From Okamejei kenojei (Eukaryota): a stretch of DNA of 64,000 bases. Within the stretch, counting starts at the first letter, position 1. Every line of letters begins with the position of its first letter. The stretch lies in the NCBI GenBank assembly GCA_035221665.1, contig CM069134.1, positions 54,870,001-54,934,000 on the forward strand, written 5' to 3'. The notes under the pieces are model-generated. The model saw only the letters and a program-made list of their open reading frames with translations. It did no database searches and was not told the DNA's origin. Made by a program: the position numbers and the translations under genes. This document shows, piece by piece, positions 58,915 through 64,000 of the stretch.

Positions 58915-60102
58915 GGTCTAGGTGTTTTCTGTCCTTCTCGGACAAAGGTTGTTGCCCTTAAGTGGGGGGGGGGGGGGGGGTTGCTTTCTCTCGGAGGCAA
59001 GGAGTTGGTCGCACACCGCCTGTTCTCAAGGGCTGTTGCCAGGCTTTTTAGTACCTGATTATGCCGCCACGTGGATCTCCCTTGCGTGAGGCTGGTCTTG
59101 CAGCCTACCATGATGTGTTTGAGGGTCGCTGGAGTTGGGCAGAGGGCACATGTTGGATCCTCGCCGTACCACTGATGGAGGTTCTTTGGTTCTTTGGTGA
59201 TGGAAGCACGTCGTATGTCGCTCTGATGATGAAGCTGATCTTGCTTGATTCCATTTCCCATAGTTCTTTCCAGCTGATCTTCCTCCGCTCCACACCTTCC
59301 CACTGCATCCATTGCCCCTGTTTGGCAAGAGAGACCGCCTTTGCACTTCTTGCGGCCTCCTCCTGTCGCCGCACATCCTCAACCACCAATGTCCTCCGCT
59401 CTGATGTTGTGGCCTTTCGCCAAGTTGGTTTACTTGTCGTAAGGCCAAAGCCTCCTCTTCCCTGCTGCACTTGCCCCACGACGTCTTTGTGCATCAGATG
59501 GTGTCCACTTCCGGCCAGTTACTAGGGGCGGCGCAACAGCACTGCTGGTCTTGTCTCTAGAGTCCCTCAGTGTCATCTGGAGTCTTACTTTGGAACACTT
59601 GTATTCCTCTGTTAGACTAGTGAGAGGTAGTTCCAGGACCCCTTTGCCATAGAGGCCGATGTTAGTTAGACATCTTGGGACACTGAGCCATTTCTTCGCG
59701 TATGAAGTTATGGTTCGCTCCATCTTCTCCACAGTTGTTATTGGGGCTTCATAAACGGTCAGTGGTTGTCCGAGGAAGGAGTCCAAACTGTAGGCACCAG
59801 AGCTTCAGTTTCCCAGGCAGTAGGGTCTGATTGATGTTCTCCAGGCCGTTGACAATTTCTTGCCTTAGTTGTTGCACCTGCTCTTTGTCCTTGAGACTTG
59901 CGTTGTACCATCTGCCCAGGCTTTTTACTGGCTGCTCAGACACTGTTGGTATTGGGTCGTCACCGATGCAGAACCTTGTGTCTCTAAGCACCCCCTTAGC
60001 TATGGAGATGCTTCGAGATTTACTTGGTTTGATTTTCATTCGGGCCCACTTGATGTTCTCCTGCAGCTTTCCAAGTAGCCGCTTGGAGCATGCTGCAGTA
60101 GT
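58915..60102 (-). mobile_element. HERO-clade (RLE-type) non-LTR retrotransposon fragment
   Basis: MKIKPSKSRSISI; EQPVKSLGRWY; LPGKLKLWCLQFGLLPR; KWLSVPRCL; GQVQQGRGGFG; FIIRATYDVLPSP; CCHC knuckle CALC..TLKHIMVGC and WRHNQVL; few frameshifts. Confidence 0.85.
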
Positions 60103-60630
60103 GGAAAATATGGAAGAGCAGTTTGAGATTAAGAAAGAGGGTATTGGTGCTCTTGAAGAGCATTAAAGTGGATAAATCCCCAGCACCTGATGGGATCTAT
60201 CCCAGGTTAATAAAAGAAACAAGAGAGGAAATTGCAGGGGCTTTGATGAAAATCTTTGCATCTTCTCTTGCCACAGTGAGATCCCAGTGAACTGGAGAGG
60301 TGTTTCTTCACTGAGAAGTCATGTTGACTGTAGCTGGGAAGTAGTTAAAATACAAATGATTCCTTCAGTTATTTACGGATTGTTTCAATGCTTCACTCTA
60401 TATACTTAGCACTCTGTATACTTGTGGAATTCTTTGCCACAGAAGGCTGTGGAGACCAAGTCAGTGGATATATTTTAGGCAGAGACAGATAGATTCTTGA
60501 TTAATATGGCATAAGAGGTTATGGGGGGAAAGCAGGAGAATGCGGTTGGGAGGGAGAGATATGATTCGCCATGATTGAATCGCGAAGTAGACCTGATGGG
60601 CCAAATGGCCTAATTATGCTATCACGATCT
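60103..60630 (+). mobile_element. CR1 fragments (60103-60300 RT-upstream, 60420-60630 3' end)
   Basis: IKVDKSPAPDGIYPRLIKETREEIAGAL..IF..SLAT; ttgtggaattctttgccacagaaggctgtggag. Confidence 0.8.
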
Positions 60631-61199
60631 TAAGATTTTAATGACATTTGATATTTGCAATGAATTTCCCGTTAGTATGTCATTTTACATTAATGTTTTA
60701 GTTGAGAAGTTATGCACTGTAGTGGCATGAAAGTTTATTTGGTAGACTATTGCTAAAGTCAAAACTTTATTCAGTTTAATATACCAGTAAAACTACCGAT
60801 TGACTCAGTGGAAAGGTTACGTCACAAATTGTTTTTGTTTGTGTTTACACGTACTCATGGAAACAACAATAAAATTTATTTGAGATTTGAATAGGTGACA
60901 ACATTGGGTGGACTTGTTCTCAATAGTATTAATCATGATTAACTGTATAGAGTTGATATTTTGTAATTAGACACACAACCAAGGTGATCTAAGATTTATT
61001 TAAATATCTATAATTAATTAGAATTCTAATTAATAATACATTTTAACATAAAACTCAGGTTTATATCACTAGTTAAACAGAATGTTCATTTATCAGGATA
61101 GGCATCATTAACATGATTTATTTCAATTAATATAATACTGGCTAATGAAATTTGGATGCTTCAAGATATTAAAAACTGAGCCAAACTATTTGAAATAAT

Positions 61200-61745
61200 G
61201 GAGACACGAGACATGGCAGATGCGGGAATCTTGAGCAAAAAACAAATTGCTGGAGGAACTCAGTGGGCCAGGCAACATTTATGGAGGGCGTGGACAGATA
61301 ATGTTTTGCATTGAAACCCTGCATCAGTCTGAAGAAGGGTCCCGATCAGAAAAACGGTCTCTGCATTTCTCTTCATAGATGCTACCTGGCCTGTTGAGTT
61401 CCTCCAGTTCAATCTTATTAAAAAATTATGCTCCATTTCACAGCAACCTTTGAATCAAAATCAGTATTTTCCATTTCTTCTGCACAAGAGGTGAGGAGGT
61501 GCAGAAATACAAACATTATGTCACGTGTATCTGTGTGACCACTATGGAACGAGGTGCCAGAGAAAGTAGTTGAAGTGGGAGCCAGAACAGCATTTGAAAA
61601 GCACTTGGACATGTACATGCATAGGAAATGTTTAGAGGGATATGGGCCAAACATAGGCAAATGGGACGAGCTTAGATGGGGCAACTCGGTCAGCATGGGC
61701 AAGTTGGGCCAAAGGGCTGTTTCTGTGCTGTATGACTCTGTGACT
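61200..61745. mobile_element. Penelope foldback remnant (61200-61407) and CR1 3' end (61545-61745 +)
   Basis: Homology to other copies in the window. Confidence 0.78.
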
Positions 61746-62484
61746 CCATTAGCAACGAGGACAAGAAGTTAATCATGCACCATTGATTCAAATGATCAGT
61801 GATGCAGAACACCAGGAGGCCGAGAAACATTATGGTTGAAAATCAAATTGATTCCTCTTATGAAAGCTCAGTCAAAAACTTCCAATTTTTGTTCAATGGA
61901 ATTGTTTTGAATGTAGCTAGGAAGTAGTCAAAATATAAATGTATTTTTTCTCAATGCTACAACTTCATGCTGGGAGTGAATTGATTTGAGTTAAAGGGCA
62001 GGTAAAGATTACTTTTCTTTCTTACTCCAATTGATAAAAAAAACTTAAAATGCATGTAGTGGCAGCGAATGAGCAACATTGTCTAATCTGCTTCCATTGG
62101 AAGTAGAGACTGATTTTAAAAGGAGTACACTTTGATCTTGTTATATGAAGCAAAACATTTCAGCACCTGCTTTGATTAATACACACCATGATGTTTTTGA
62201 TTTAATTACCCATGTGACATTTATTTAAAATTGTGCATTTATTGAACTACTGGTACACATTAATTCACTTTACAATGTCAATGTCAGCATGTTCACACAT
62301 GAACACATCACGTATCTTTTGAAAAACAGCCATAACAAATGCTTTTGGAGTAAAACATTTATTGAAGACAAATGGGTCAGGTTTTTAAACATTTTCATTA
62401 TACTACATTAGCCAACAAAAGATTTAATGTAAAAATATTTATTTGTACAATTTTTACGTTTTTAAGTGCGCGGACAAGATTTAT

Positions 62485-63198
62485 TATAACCATATAACCA
62501 TATAACAATTACAGTACAGAAACAGGCCATCTCGGCCCTTCTAGTCCATGCCAAACACTTACTCTCACTTAGTCCCATCTACCTACACTCAGACCATAAC
62601 CCTCCATTCCTTTCCCGTCCATATACCCATCCAATTTATTTTTAAATGATAAAATCGAAAGTGCCTCCACCACTTCCACTGGAAGCTTATTCCACACAGC
62701 TACCACTCTCTGAGTAAAGAAGTTCCCCCTCATAAAGTTAAGAAATTTTAATAATATCTTAAATTAAAGAAACACAAAAAGTGCTACGATAAAATTATAG
62801 ACAGATATGGAGCAACAAGCATCCATTCTAACATTAAAGCAGCCAACATTTAGAAGTTGTCAAGGTGAAGTATTTGCGAATACATTCAAATAAAGTACGG
62901 ATCTTTTGAGTTTAACTATGGAAGCTGGATAACAATTATTATTTACAAATGCTGATTTCATGGAAAATGGTATGTTTGAAAGGGCGGCATGGTGGAGCAG
63001 CTGTAGAGTAGCTGCCTTACAGGAGACCGCGTTTTGATCCCGACTATGGGTGCTGTCTGTACGGAGTTTCTACGTTCTCCCTGTGACCGTGTGGGCTTTC
63101 TCCGAGATCTCCAGGGATCACTGGGCGGCTCGGACTCAGTGGGCCGACGGGCCTGTTTCCTCCTTGAATCTCTGAAATTAATTAAACTAAACTAAACT
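62485..63198. mobile_element. CR1 3' end (62485-62733 -) and V-SINE (62981-63198 +)
   Basis: (ataaccat)n tail; SINE head and V-domain. Confidence 0.78.
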
Positions 63199-63679
63199 GA
63201 AGTGCCATATGTACACATTTGAAAATGTTGTTTATCCAAACTGGGACGAGTGTATTACCCGGTTACTATTCAAACACATCTAGTTCACTGGCATTTTATA
63301 TGTAAACCTGGTGTCATACGATCTCCATCTGTTCATTTACTTTACAATATATTTATTCTTATCAGTCTTGGTGGAACGATGCAATGATCTTAACTCCTTT
63401 TCACAAAAGCCAAACACCAGGGTCTACTCGATGCCAGGTTTCAAAGATCTTCCAATGCTGAGGAAACCAGAGCACCCAGTAGGAAACCCACGTGGTCACA
63501 GGGAGAAAATGTAAACCAAACAGATAATACCCGTGGTCAGGATCGGTCTCGGGTCTCTGGTGCTGTGAGACACTGCACTGTCCATTGAGACTCCATTCAA
63601 ACCCCAATATGTCTCTCACTCTAAAATCCCTCGGAATTGTACTACCATGTTAGGCTTGGTTAAATTCCCAATCTTCCAG

Positions 63680-64000
63680 ACTACCATGTAATCCCATGCT
63701 GCCTGCTCCATGGTCGGATAGTCGGCAACTAAACCGTCTCCCCCACCTGGTTTGCCAGGTGAGGAGGGGATTGTGGACCCCCAGCAGGACCAAAAACAAA
63801 ACCTGTCAAAGGGCGGATGAGCTTCTCGCGAGCCAACGGCCATCCACACTTCATTAGAAGTTGCGATCACTGTCGTTCATAGCATTGTAAGGAATGATGA
63901 TAAAGCACACACACACCAAAATCCTATACTTCCTGTGGCGGAAGTCCGCAGGAACTGGAGGACAGAGATGTGTGGTGGGTCCGTCACCATTCCCGTTGGA
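63680..64000 (-). mobile_element. Probable retroposon 5' UTR-like repeat, unclassified
   Basis: CpG-retaining segment with a short hairpin (cacctgg-tttg-ccaggtg); runs off the window edge. Confidence 0.3.

Noticed and set aside
62981-63060. tRNA genes at SINE heads (also near 9932, 15600, 41884, 42712)
   Set aside because: The A/B-box heads continue into V-domain and CR1-type tails, so these are SINEs and not tRNA genes.
1-64000. Host protein-coding gene, or a prokaryotic-type operon or defence system
   Set aside because: No ORF resembles a cellular protein I recognise. All interpretable ORFs are TE fragments and the DNA is clearly vertebrate-like. Small exons could still have been missed.

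Overview
Repeat-dense eukaryotic genomic DNA with no recognisable host protein-coding exon. The repeat content (HE1/V-type tRNA SINEs, HER1/CR1 LINEs, abundant Penelope pLTR remnants) points to a cartilaginous fish, probably a skate or ray; this is inference. The window reads as intergenic DNA or the inside of a very long intron. Every protein-like ORF I can interpret is a decayed transposon fragment: L1, Tx1, CR1, Rex1/Babar, HERO, Penelope GIY-YIG, Tc1, and Gypsy/Mag. Non-autonomous Helitrons, hAT and Harbinger-type MITEs, a 2.7-kb foldback element and a tRNA-Ala pseudogene are also present. I cannot demonstrate a new biological system. The best leads are: (1) an HDV-like ribozyme fold starting exactly at the 5' end of a TSD-flanked RTE-derived element; (2) about 20 minimal hammerhead motifs in Penelope pLTRs; (3) a Spindlin/Tudor-like domain inside a nested DNA-transposon remnant; (4) a bipartite Rex1-derived non-autonomous family with a VNTR; (5) a MULE-like foldback element; (6) Helitrons inserted into the 5' tips of relatives; (7) a candidate recursive splice site. 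All family assignments were made by eye and from memory of consensus motifs; no database search was run.
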